Below are positions 25,695 to 34,491 of a stretch of 51,092 nucleotides of DNA, one piece after another (within the stretch, counting starts at the first letter, position 1; the number at the start of each line of letters is the position of its first letter). The notes beneath the pieces are model-generated. The model did no database searches. It was not told where the DNA came from and saw only the letters and a program-made list of their open reading frames with translations. The DNA is taken from NCBI GenBank assembly GCA_003221805.1, contig QHUA01000141.1, forward strand, positions 1 to 51,092. The letters run 5' to 3'. The position numbers and the translations under genes were made by a program. The DNA comes from Gemmatimonadota bacterium (GTDB taxonomy: Bacteria; Gemmatimonadota; Gemmatimonadetes; Gemmatimonadales; Gemmatimonadaceae).

Positions 25695-26313
25695 AGTAGC
25701 TGAAGCCGATTGCCAGTCCGCTATCCGTCGGTCGCGCGAAGAAGTGTGCGTAGCGCGGGTACCTCGAGATCCTCCACGCTTGGATGGCGGAGAAGCCTCC
25801 GAAAATCAACGAGAGCTCGGTTTTCGAGAGCGACGACGTGCGGGCCATGACGCTGATGTCGCTCACCGATGCGTTGCGACCGAGCGTGATGTAAAAGAGC
25901 GTCGTTCCGATTCCGCCGGCGAGCAGCCCGCGCTCGATTGGTCCACCACCCGCGTGCGGGATATCGAGGATCGCTTCGTTGATCAGCGCCTGCGTGGTCA
26001 GCCCCGCCGCGGAGAAAATGAATTGCTGGTGCGGGTACTTGTCGCTGTCGATTCCCGAAAAAACGGTGGGTCGGCCGTGGTCGAGAGCGTAGTAGGGATG
26101 GAATCCCATCACCAGGGAGCTGATGACGTGCGCGCTCTCGTGCGCGAGAATGCTGGCGCCGAATCCAAGCGCGAAATGCCGCCAATAGTCATCAGAGTCT
26201 GATGCCTGTCGCGACGCGTAGAATTGCAGCGGCGCGGCCAGCGGTTCTGATTGCGCGCTCAACCGGACAGGTGAGGCTGCAAGGAGAACCGCTCCCAGCA
26301 AGCCGACACGCAT
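25693..26313 (-). CDS. secreted hypothetical protein with an HExxH motif
   Basis: The start is taken at MRVGLLGAVLLAASPVRLSAQ (ATG at 26313), a signal peptide. AHESAHV is a possible zinc-protease motif. A longer start at 26397 would overlap the divergent gene. Confidence 0.55.
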   Translation of the reverse strand: MRVGLLGAVLLAASPVRLSAQSEPLAAPLQFYASRQASDSDDYWRHFALGFGASILAHESAHVISSLVMGFHPYYALDHGRPTVFSGIDSDKYPHQQFIFSAAGLTTQALINEAILDIPHAGGGPIERGLLAGGIGTTLFYITLGRNASVSDISVMARTSSLSKTELSLIFGGFSAIQAWRISRYPRYAHFFARPTDSGLAIGFSY

Positions 26314-26374
26314 TGCGCCGGCGAACTGCGAACTTAACTTCTTCGGCAGACGCCCTGCGGGGAGAACCGAATCG

Positions 26375-26668
26375 ATGGCTGAGCGTTTATCCGACATTGC
26401 GATACAGCGCGAGCTGGGAAGTCTCCAGGGATGGAGTCGACGCGGAGAGGTAATAACGAAGACGTTTCAGTTTCGGAGCTTTCTGACTGGAATCGACTTC
26501 GTGGCGGCGATCGCCAAAGCGGCGGAAGCAGCTGACCATCACCCCGACATCGACATCCGCTACACCAAGATCGTCTGCGCCCTCAGCACGCACTCGGCGG
26601 GGGGAATAACTCAGAAGGATCTTGATATGGCGAGGCAGATTGATCGCGTCCATGAGAAGCTAGATTAA
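26375..26668 (+). CDS. phhB: pterin-4-alpha-carbinolamine dehydratase
   Basis: About 97 aa, with GW...F.F..F..G..FV..IA..AE...HHPDI...Y..V...L.TH pattern (ADHHPDIDIRYTKIVCALSTH). Confidence 0.9.
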   Translation: MAERLSDIAIQRELGSLQGWSRRGEVITKTFQFRSFLTGIDFVAAIAKAAEAADHHPDIDIRYTKIVCALSTHSAGGITQKDLDMARQIDRVHEKLD

Positions 26669-26702
26669 CGCCAACTACTTGCCAGGCGCTCGCCAGAAAA
26701 AA

Positions 26703-26886
26703 GACAACTACCTGCTAGGCGCTGACCGCTGCTGTCGCTGACCGATTACCGCTGCAGACGACGGGACAGATCACACAAGCGCTAAGGAAACTGCAGCAGT
26801 TGCTTAGAGCGCCAAGGAGATCTGTCTAGTCGTCTGCAGCGCTCAGCGCTTAGCGCTAAAGCGGTCAGCGCCCAGCAGGTGTTGTC
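26703..26886. repeat. 184-nt near-complete palindrome (ORF-less hairpin element)
   Basis: gacaactacctgctaggcgctgaccgct (26703-26730) pairs with agcggtcagcgcccagcaggtgttgtc (26860-26886). gctgcagacgacgggacagatc pairs with gatctgtctagtcgtctgcagc. The centre aactgc-a-gcagtt lies at about 26796. An extra half-copy lies at 26670-26696. Confidence 0.8.
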
Positions 26887-26899
26887 GTTAGTTAGGCAG

Positions 26900-27571
26900 T
26901 TAGTTCCGCCTATTCCCCATGACTCGGAGAATGGCCATGAACATGTTCAGCAGATCCAGGTAGATCTGCACCGCCGCACCGACATACTCATCCGGGCCGT
27001 AGAAGTTGCGCAGGCGCCAGGTATCGAACACCAGCAGTCCGCTGAACAACAGCACCGCGACCGACGCCAGCCATAGATCGACGACGCCGTTCCGGAAGAA
27101 CAAGTTCAGCAACATGGTGCCAATGAGCACCCAGAGGCCGACGATCAGAAAACTGCCCCAGGCGCTGAAATCGCGGCGGCTCACGAAGGCGTACAGCGTA
27201 AGAATGCCAAACGCGCCGATGGTCAGCACCGCCGCCTGACCAATCAATCCGGGCTGCTGCCTGCCATAGAAGTAAAGCGCGGGCGAGATCATCACGCCCA
27301 TCACGAAATTGAAGAGCAGGACAAGACCAATGTTGAACGGGAAATCCGTCTTCTTCCGCGTCGCCAGGAGGAGCGGCGCCAGGGCGGCGAAGAACGCGAT
27401 GAAGGGATGCTGGGCTACGGCGAGCATCAGATTTGACTGGGAGAGTCCAAACGACGCTCCCACCATCGTCACCAATACACTGACCAGTACCAGCGAATAA
27501 GTGCGGCGAACGAGGGTTGCTCTCTCCTCGCCAGTGCGGACCAGCGTTCCGGTTTGATACGAGACACCCAT
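26900..27571 (-). CDS. BAX inhibitor-1/YccA family membrane protein
   Basis: Seven hydrophobic segments and the family C-terminus IYLDLLNMFMAILRVMG. Confidence 0.85.
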   Translation of the reverse strand: MGVSYQTGTLVRTGEERATLVRRTYSLVLVSVLVTMVGASFGLSQSNLMLAVAQHPFIAFFAALAPLLLATRKKTDFPFNIGLVLLFNFVMGVMISPALYFYGRQQPGLIGQAAVLTIGAFGILTLYAFVSRRDFSAWGSFLIVGLWVLIGTMLLNLFFRNGVVDLWLASVAVLLFSGLLVFDTWRLRNFYGPDEYVGAAVQIYLDLLNMFMAILRVMGNRRN

Positions 27572-27609
27572 TTTATTGACTCCGAAAAGGGTCGAACGTG
27601 CGAAATATA

Positions 27610-28281
27610 TTACCCCGCACTTTTTGCTGTGATTCGATCAAGTAGAGTCGGCAGCTCCTTAATGTCGTCCAGAAAATAGGACGGATGATAAGGCTCGAGC
27701 GCCGAGCGCGTAAACGGCCCCCACAGCGCTGCAATCGTTATGACCCCTGCCGCGTTACCCGACTTTATGTCGTGCGGCGAGTCACCGACGAAAACCGCCT
27801 CGTTGGTCTGGTAATCGAGTTTCTCCAGCGCCGCCTTCACCGGATACGGATCCGGCTTGTGGATGTGAACCGAGTCGTAGCCGATGGCGACCTCGATGTA
27901 ATCGTCGGCGCCAATGAACTTGAGCCCGCGCTCCATCATTGCGTTGCCTTTGCTGGTGACGACACCCATTGGATGCCCGCGCTGATACAGGAGGGCGAGG
28001 GTGTCGATGACGCCCTCGTATCTCGCCATCAGCTGATCGTGATTCTCCAACTGGAAGGTGCGATATCGGTTGACGAGACGCTCGCGATCTTCGTCTGATT
28101 CGACGTAGGGCGTGAGCTGCTTCGGCAGCGGCGTGCCGATTCCCTCGATCCACTCTGCTTCGGTTGGCTGCCGGTTGCGTCCCTGGAATGTGTGGCGCAT
28201 CGACGCCATCAGCAGAGCGATCGAATCGACCAAAGTTCCGTCGAGATCAAAGAGAACGGCGTACGGGCGTGCGTCAGCCAT
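27610..28281 (-). CDS. HAD-superfamily phosphatase (Gph/PpaX-like)
   Basis: The start is taken at the ATG at 28281. VLFDLDGTLVDS (motif I), VTSK (II), VGDSPHDIKSG (III/IV). Confidence 0.85.
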   Translation of the reverse strand: MADARPYAVLFDLDGTLVDSIALLMASMRHTFQGRNRQPTEAEWIEGIGTPLPKQLTPYVESDEDRERLVNRYRTFQLENHDQLMARYEGVIDTLALLYQRGHPMGVVTSKGNAMMERGLKFIGADDYIEVAIGYDSVHIHKPDPYPVKAALEKLDYQTNEAVFVGDSPHDIKSGNAAGVITIAALWGPFTRSALEPYHPSYFLDDIKELPTLLDRITAKSAG

Positions 28282-28331
28282 AATGCGAAAGTAACTGGTA
28301 ATGCCAGATTCGAGACACAATATTACAGACT

Positions 28332-29273
28332 ATGGCAACCGCTGCACTAAAGCGCACGAGCTTTAGCAAACTTTTCGATGAGATCGGCACCGTAGATCAG
28401 GTCGGCATCGAGGAGCGCGTCGCCAAGTTTACCACGCGCAGCATCAAGAAGAGCTCGAAGGTGTGGGGTCTGAAGACCGCGGTCTCGATGGTAGATCTGA
28501 CCACGCTCGAGGGAAAGGACACACCAGGCAAAGTCGCGTCGCTATGCCAGAAGGCGAGACGGCCGAGTGCGGATCCAGACGTGCCGCCGGTGGCGGCGGT
28601 CTGCATCTATCCATTTCTCGTCAAGTACGCGGCGCGATGGCTTGCCGACACGCCGATCAAAGTTGCATCGGTCGCGACGTCATTCCCGTCGGGACAGAGT
28701 CCACTGCCGCTGCGACTCGAGGAAGTCCGAACGGCGGTTGCAGACGGCGCCGACGAGATCGACATGGTCATCAATCGCGGGCTTTTTCTTGCCGGCGAAT
28801 TCACCGCCGTACAGGACGAGATCAGCGCCGTCGTCGAAGCTTGTGGCGATGCAACGCTGAAAGTGATTCTCGAAGTCAGCGAGCTCGACACCTACGACAA
28901 CGTTCGCGCTGCCTCCTTTCTTGCGATGCAGGCGATTCGAGCCGGCGACTTCATCAAGACGAGCACCGGCAAGGCTTCGGGTAGCGCGACGCTCGCCAAC
29001 ACGCAGGTGATGATCGAAGCGATTCGCGACTTTTATCTGGCGACGGGTGTTGCGATCGGGATGAAGCCGGCGGGCGGCATCAGGAACGCCAAGCAGGCCC
29101 TGCACTATCTTGTCGCCGTCAAGGAGACGCTCGGCGATGCGTGGTTGAATTCGACGCGCTACCGCTTTGGAGCGAGTTCGCTGTTGAATGACCTGCTGCG
29201 GCAGATCGAGAAGGAAAAGACTGGCGCCTACCAGGCGCCTTACAACTTCACTGAGGCCGCGGAGAGCTACTGA
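28332..29273 (+). CDS. deoC: deoxyribose-phosphate aldolase (long form)
   Basis: VDLTTLEG, VAAVCIYP, EIDMVINRG, LKVILE, IKTSTGK (Schiff-base Lys). Confidence 0.85.
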   Translation: MATAALKRTSFSKLFDEIGTVDQVGIEERVAKFTTRSIKKSSKVWGLKTAVSMVDLTTLEGKDTPGKVASLCQKARRPSADPDVPPVAAVCIYPFLVKYAARWLADTPIKVASVATSFPSGQSPLPLRLEEVRTAVADGADEIDMVINRGLFLAGEFTAVQDEISAVVEACGDATLKVILEVSELDTYDNVRAASFLAMQAIRAGDFIKTSTGKASGSATLANTQVMIEAIRDFYLATGVAIGMKPAGGIRNAKQALHYLVAVKETLGDAWLNSTRYRFGASSLLNDLLRQIEKEKTGAYQAPYNFTEAAESY

Positions 29274-29274
29274 C

Positions 29275-30774
29275 ATGACGTCCACCAGGCCTGTCACGAG
29301 AGCGACGGGATCAAGTGCGGTTCCGCAGCTGATCTTCGGCGATCTATGGGAATACGATCCAGCGCCGGAGACCGCAGATCCCAGACTGAAAGCGAGGTAC
29401 GAGCTTTTTATTGGCGGGAAGTTCGTGGCGCCGAAGTCAAACAAGTATTTCGACTCCATCAATCCGGCGACCGAAGAAACCCTGGCCGAGATTGCGCTGG
29501 CGAACCAGGCCGATGTCGACGCCGCGTATCAAGCGGCACAGAAGGCATTTGGCGCGTGGAGCAAGCTGCCGGGCGCCGAGCGAGGAAAGTATCTCTATCG
29601 AATCGCGCGACTGATCCAGGATCGCGCGCGCGAGTTCGCCGTCGCCGAATCGATGGATGGCGGGAAGCCGATCAAGGAGTCGCGTGACTTCGACGTTCCG
29701 ATGACCGCTGCGCACTTCTTCTATCACGCCGGTTGGGCGGACAAGCTCGAGTACGCTGTGCCCGGCGCCACGATCGCGCCGCTCGGTGTGGTGGGCCAGA
29801 TAATACCATGGAATTTCCCCTTGCTTATGTTGGCGTGGAAGATTGCGCCCGCGCTCGCCGTCGGAAATACAGTAGTGCTCAAGCCCGCCGAAACGACTTC
29901 GGTGACGGCACTCAAGTTTGCCGAGCTGCTGCAGGAAGCAGAGTTGCCAGCAGGAGTGGTGAATCTGGTTTGCGGAGCTGGAGAGACTGGAGCGGCGGTC
30001 GTCAATCATCCGGCGGCGGCGAAGATCGCATTCACCGGATCGACCGAAGTCGGCAAGATCATCATGCGCCAACTCGCCGGCACCGACAAAAAACTCACTC
30101 TCGAGCTCGGTGGCAAGGCAGCGAACATAGTCTTTGATGACTCGCCGGTCGATCAGGCGGTCGAAGGTGTCGTCAACGGAATCTTCTTCAATCAGGGCCA
30201 CGTTTGTTGCGCCGGCAGTCGACTTCTCGTTCAGGAATCGATCGCCGAGATGTTCGTGGCGAAGCTGAAGAATCGGATCGACGTCCTGCGCGTCGGAAAT
30301 CCGCTCGACAAGAACACCGATGTCGGGGCCATCAACTCCAAGGCACAGCTGGACAGGATTTGCGAGCTGGTCGATTCGGGAGTGAGCGCTGGCGCGGAGA
30401 TGTATCAGTCGGCGGTGTGCACGCTGCCGGGCCGCGGCTACTACTTCAAGCCGACTGTGTTCACCGGTGTGACGCAGAGCCACCGCATCGCGCGTGAAGA
30501 GATTTTCGGACCGGTGTTGAGTGTCTTGACTTTCCGCACACTGGAAGAGGCGGTAGAGAAGGCGAACAACACCATGTACGGATTGTCGGCCGGCGTCTGG
30601 ACGGACAAGGGCTCCCGGATCCTCAAGATGAGCACCTTGCTCAAGGCCGGCGTCGTGTGGGCGAACACGTTCAACAAGTTCGATCCGTCGTCGCCATTCG
30701 GCGGCTACAAGGAATCGGGATTCGGGCGCGAGGGCGGACGCCAGGGTCTGATGGATTACGGGAAGGTGGTTTAG
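29275..30774 (+). CDS. NAD(P)-dependent aldehyde dehydrogenase
   Basis: The ATG at 29275 lies 1 nt after the deoC stop. WNFPLLM, ELGGK (catalytic Glu) and FFNQGHVCCAGSR (catalytic Cys). Confidence 0.9.
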   Translation: MTSTRPVTRATGSSAVPQLIFGDLWEYDPAPETADPRLKARYELFIGGKFVAPKSNKYFDSINPATEETLAEIALANQADVDAAYQAAQKAFGAWSKLPGAERGKYLYRIARLIQDRAREFAVAESMDGGKPIKESRDFDVPMTAAHFFYHAGWADKLEYAVPGATIAPLGVVGQIIPWNFPLLMLAWKIAPALAVGNTVVLKPAETTSVTALKFAELLQEAELPAGVVNLVCGAGETGAAVVNHPAAAKIAFTGSTEVGKIIMRQLAGTDKKLTLELGGKAANIVFDDSPVDQAVEGVVNGIFFNQGHVCCAGSRLLVQESIAEMFVAKLKNRIDVLRVGNPLDKNTDVGAINSKAQLDRICELVDSGVSAGAEMYQSAVCTLPGRGYYFKPTVFTGVTQSHRIAREEIFGPVLSVLTFRTLEEAVEKANNTMYGLSAGVWTDKGSRILKMSTLLKAGVVWANTFNKFDPSSPFGGYKESGFGREGGRQGLMDYGKVV

Positions 30775-31659
30775 ATGGCGCGAATTCCCGTAACCAAGAC
30801 GCCGAAGGTCTATGTCGGTGGCCAGTTTATTCGCTCGGAGAGCGGGCGAGTATTTCCTGTGCGGGCAGCGGGAAGCGGGAAGCGGGAAGCGGGGCTGCTC
30901 GGCAACATTCCTCAGTGCACCAGAAAGGATCTCCGTAATTCCGTAGAAGCGGCGGCGAAGGCCGGACCCGACTGGGCGCAGCGCACTCCTTACAACCGCG
31001 GGCAGATTCTCTACCGGCTCGGTGAGATGCTGGAGTCGCGGAGCGAGGAGATGGCGGACGCGTTGGTAGTGTCCGGTGCATCGACAAAAGCTGCCGCCAG
31101 TAAAGAAGTCGCAGCGAGCGTCGATCGACTGATCTACTACGCGGGCTGGTCGGACAAGTACGAGCAGGTGCTTGGCAACACGAACCCGGTCGCGGGCCCG
31201 TTCTTCAACTTCACCGTGGCGGAGCCGATGGGTATCATCGGGATCATCGCCGATGACAAGTTTCCGCTGCTCGGGTTATTGAGCCAGATCGCGCCCGTAA
31301 TCATTGCCGGCAATACCTGCGTCTGCCTGGCGTCGCAGTCTTTCCCGTATCCCGCAATCGTGCTCGGCGAGCTGCTGGCGGTCTCCGATCTACCCGGGGG
31401 CGTCGTGAATATCCTGACCGGGTTCAGAAAGGAGCTGGTGCCGACGTTTGCCACCCACACGCACATTCGCGGGCTGAACGCGGTCGTCAATCAGGAAGAG
31501 AAAAAGCAGCTGCAGCTCGGCGCGGCGGAGAGCATCAAGAGGGTACGGGCACGCAAGCGCGACGATGGGATCGATTGGGCCGGCGAGAAGTCGCAGAGCG
31601 TCTACGAGATCCGCGACTTCATCGAGTTCAAGACTACCTGGCACCCAATCGGGGCCTGA
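30775..31659 (+). CDS. half-size aldehyde-dehydrogenase-like protein lacking the catalytic domain
   Basis: The start abuts the ALDH stop (TAGATG). It aligns to the ALDH N-terminal/NAD-binding part (IAPVIIAGNTCVCLAS.., LPGGVVNILTG). It has LQLG where ELGG is expected, and no Cys loop. After about 40 more residues it ends with an ALDH-like C-terminal strand (FIEFKTTW). Confidence 0.7.
   Translation: MARIPVTKTPKVYVGGQFIRSESGRVFPVRAAGSGKREAGLLGNIPQCTRKDLRNSVEAAAKAGPDWAQRTPYNRGQILYRLGEMLESRSEEMADALVVSGASTKAAASKEVAASVDRLIYYAGWSDKYEQVLGNTNPVAGPFFNFTVAEPMGIIGIIADDKFPLLGLLSQIAPVIIAGNTCVCLASQSFPYPAIVLGELLAVSDLPGGVVNILTGFRKELVPTFATHTHIRGLNAVVNQEEKKQLQLGAAESIKRVRARKRDDGIDWAGEKSQSVYEIRDFIEFKTTWHPIGA
30861..30895. 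repeat. tandem heptamer repeat (GCGGGAA-type, 5 units) inside the CDS
   Basis: gcgggca gcgggaa gcgggaa gcgggaa gcggggc, encoding AAGSGKREAG. This is the same unit as the hairpin arms at 25552-25568. Confidence 0.9.
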
Positions 31660-31802
31660 GCCGGAGAGATCTGGCCGACGTCATACTCGCTCGGCGAGCG
31701 AGAGATTGATCCGCTCCGAAGAAACCCTAGGTTCGCTGCAATCGTCAGGCGAGTGGGCCTGGATGAGCGCATATTCACTTCCCCAACTGGTGGGAGACCA
31801 CA

Positions 31803-32675
31803 ATGAGACGGATGCCGCTGCTGCTGGTCGTGCTAGTGTCGCTTGCTGGTGTAGCGGGCGCGCAGACGCGCACGCTCAATGTTGGCGGCGGCGCTACCAT
31901 CAATTACGACGTGACCGGGCGCGGACCGACCGTGGTGTTCATTCATGGTTGGTCACACAACATCAGCGTCTGGGACGATCAGGTTCCGGCCTTCAAGACC
32001 AGGTATCAGGTCGTGCGATATGACTCGCGCGGATTCGGGCGGTCGACGGGTTTCGCCGATGAAAGTGCCGAGCCGCACGATCTTCTCGTTCTGCTGGAAG
32101 CGCTCCACGTAAAGCGCGCGTTTATAGTCGGGCACTCGCGAGGCGGCAGCGTCGCCCTCAGGTTCGCGTCAGCATTTCCGAATCGCGTGGCGGGGCTAGT
32201 CCTCTATGGCGCCTTCCCGGAAGGCTTTCCCGCGCCGCCCGAGGTCGGCCAGTTGTTCGGCTCGCTTCCCAGCATCGCGAAACAGCATGGTCTTGATTCG
32301 GTGGGCAAGCTGGTTCTGGCAAGCCCGATTGCCTGGGTCCCGCCGGGACGGAACGATGTCACCGATCGCTACCGCCGACTGTGGGCCGCCTACAACGGAA
32401 AGGATTTGCTCGATCCGCATCCCGAATCCGGACGGGTTCCAGCCGTCACGATATCCGATCTCGCGTATGTGAAGGTGCCGACGCTCGTCATCATCGGCGA
32501 TCACGAAGCGCCCTTCATTGCCGCGGTGGCCGACACACTGACGCGCCGCATACCGGGCGCGAAGAAAGTCGTGATTCCCAACGCCGGACATGGCGCGCAC
32601 TTCGCGCAGCCCGCTAGCTTCAATTCCGCATTAATGGATTTTTTCTACGACGTGGGGCGGAACAAGAAGAAGTGA
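31803..32675 (+). CDS. secreted alpha/beta hydrolase
   Basis: Signal peptide MRRMPLLLVVLVSLAGVAGAQ. VVFIHGW, GHSRGG nucleophile elbow, C-terminal GHGAH. Confidence 0.8.
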   Translation: MRRMPLLLVVLVSLAGVAGAQTRTLNVGGGATINYDVTGRGPTVVFIHGWSHNISVWDDQVPAFKTRYQVVRYDSRGFGRSTGFADESAEPHDLLVLLEALHVKRAFIVGHSRGGSVALRFASAFPNRVAGLVLYGAFPEGFPAPPEVGQLFGSLPSIAKQHGLDSVGKLVLASPIAWVPPGRNDVTDRYRRLWAAYNGKDLLDPHPESGRVPAVTISDLAYVKVPTLVIIGDHEAPFIAAVADTLTRRIPGAKKVVIPNAGHGAHFAQPASFNSALMDFFYDVGRNKKK

Positions 32676-33685
32676 ACGCGATCGAGATGCGCGCGCTGCG
32701 CAAAGTCTATAAAGGAACTGGCAAGGTAAGGGGTGGCGGCTCGAGTTACAGCGCGCGATGGGGGCCGCCCGGGTCGATGGCGCCGCCATCTGGAGATGTC
32801 GTAGCGCTCGAGGCGCTCGATCTCGACATTCAGGCTGGTGAGTTCTTCGGCTTGCTCGGTCCCAACGGCGCCGGAAAGACAACAGCGATCGGTATACTCA
32901 CCACGCGCGTTCTTCCGACGGCGGGCAAGGCAATCGTCGCCGGCGCGGACGTGGTGCAGGATTCGGTGCGCGTCAGACAAACCATCGGCGTCGTGCCGCA
33001 GCGGCCGAATGCGGACCTGAGTCTAAACGTTCTGGAGAATCTCCAGTTCCACGCCGCGTACTTCTGCATTCCTTCGGACGTAGCGACGAAACGCGCATAC
33101 GAGCTGCTCGAGCGACTCGGACTTTCCGAGAAGGCGGACGCCAAGCTGTCGGAGCTGTCGGGCGGGCAGCAGCAGCGCCTGATGATCGTGCGCGCGCTGA
33201 TGCATGAGCCGGAGATCATGTTCCTCGACGAGCCGACCGTCGGTCTTGACCCTCAAGCGCGTCTCGACTTGTGGGAGATTCTCCGCGACCTCCACAATCG
33301 GGGTCGTACCATCGTGATGACGACTCATTACATGGACGAAGCCGATCGACTCTGCGACCGGCTCGCCATCATCGATCGTGGCAAGCTGCTCGCGCTCGAC
33401 ACTCCGCGCAAACTGAAGTCGAAGGCGCCGGGCGGTACGTTGATCGAGCTTGTCCTCGACGGTGACGCGACAGCCGCCGGCGAGATGGCGGCGTCGATCG
33501 ACGGGATCAATCGCGTCGAGGCAAAGGACGGGTTGCTGCGCGTGCACAGCAGTCGCGGCGGCCAGACTCTGCCAGCGTTGATCGAAGCGGCGGAACGCTC
33601 GGGTCGCACAGTGACTGACATCCACTTACTGCAGCCCAGCCTTGAAACGCTGTTCGTGTCGTTGACGGGAAGGAAGCTCGGATGA
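32672..33685 (+). CDS. ABC transporter ATP-binding protein (ABC-2/DrrA type)
   Basis: Walker A GPNGAGKT, signature LSGGQQQR, Walker B IMFLDEP. The GTG start at 32672 overlaps the upstream stop. An alternative ATG lies at 32687. Confidence 0.9.
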   Translation: MNAIEMRALRKVYKGTGKVRGGGSSYSARWGPPGSMAPPSGDVVALEALDLDIQAGEFFGLLGPNGAGKTTAIGILTTRVLPTAGKAIVAGADVVQDSVRVRQTIGVVPQRPNADLSLNVLENLQFHAAYFCIPSDVATKRAYELLERLGLSEKADAKLSELSGGQQQRLMIVRALMHEPEIMFLDEPTVGLDPQARLDLWEILRDLHNRGRTIVMTTHYMDEADRLCDRLAIIDRGKLLALDTPRKLKSKAPGGTLIELVLDGDATAAGEMAASIDGINRVEAKDGLLRVHSSRGGQTLPALIEAAERSGRTVTDIHLLQPSLETLFVSLTGRKLG

Positions 33686-34491
33686 CGGCGATTGCCATGA
33701 CGCCTTCGCGCGCGGAGGTGCGTGCATCGTCAATCTTCGTCGCCCTGTTGCGGCGCGACATGCGCGTGGCCCGGCGAGAGTTGCCGTTCTTTCTCCTACG
33801 GACGACGCTGCAGCCGCTGATGTTCGTCGCCGTCTTTGGGTACTTGCTGCCGCGGATGGGATTCATGGGCCGCGGCTACACGACGGCACTCCTGCCGGGC
33901 GTACTGGCGATCAGTCTCACGTTTTCGAGCATTCAATCCGTCGCGCTGCCGATGGTGCAGGACTTTGGCTGGACGAAGGAGATCGAAGACCGACTCCTCG
34001 CTCCAGTTCCAATCGTGCTCGTTGCCGCGGAGAAGATCGCTTCGGGCGTGCTCCAGGGAATCGTCTCCGCTCTTTTCGTGTTGCCAGTTGCCCGCCTGAT
34101 CATGGGGCCGATTCCGAATCTCACCTTCGCGCATTTCGGCGATGTGCTGCTCATCACCATACTCGGGGCCGCTGCGTTCTCCTCGCTGGGACTGTTCCTG
34201 GGGACCGCTATCCAGCCGCAACAAATCGGTCTGATGTTCGGCGTGATCCTGGCGCCGATGATTTTCTTCGGCTGCGCGTACTATCCGTGGCAGGGATTGA
34301 GCACGGTACCGTTGATGAAGTACGCAGTGCTGATCAATCCGCTGGTCTACGTGGCGGAAGGCATGAGAGCGTCGCTCACGCCGGCGGCGCCGCACATGCC
34401 GTTGATGGTCGTCATCGTGGCGCTGATTGCGATCACCGCGATTTTCTGGATGCTAGGGATGCGTAGCTTCCTGAAGCGGGCGGTCGGCTAG
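33682..34491 (+). CDS. ABC-2 type transporter permease
   Basis: ATGA overlap with the ATPase gene. Six hydrophobic segments. Confidence 0.8.
   Translation: MTAIAMTPSRAEVRASSIFVALLRRDMRVARRELPFFLLRTTLQPLMFVAVFGYLLPRMGFMGRGYTTALLPGVLAISLTFSSIQSVALPMVQDFGWTKEIEDRLLAPVPIVLVAAEKIASGVLQGIVSALFVLPVARLIMGPIPNLTFAHFGDVLLITILGAAAFSSLGLFLGTAIQPQQIGLMFGVILAPMIFFGCAYYPWQGLSTVPLMKYAVLINPLVYVAEGMRASLTPAAPHMPLMVVIVALIAITAIFWMLGMRSFLKRAVG

Noticed and set aside
29437-30483. 348-aa ORF on the - strand
   Set aside because: It is antisense to the aldehyde dehydrogenase gene, which has all catalytic motifs. No motifs are present in the antisense product.
34453-34491. Convergent gene overlaps: ABC-2 permease with the histidine kinase (39 nt), and padR with the SNF2 helicase sharing CTAG stop codons at 38148-38151
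   Set aside because: Such overlaps are common in compact GC-rich genomes. I found no additional signal, such as antisense regulatory structure, to support a special function.
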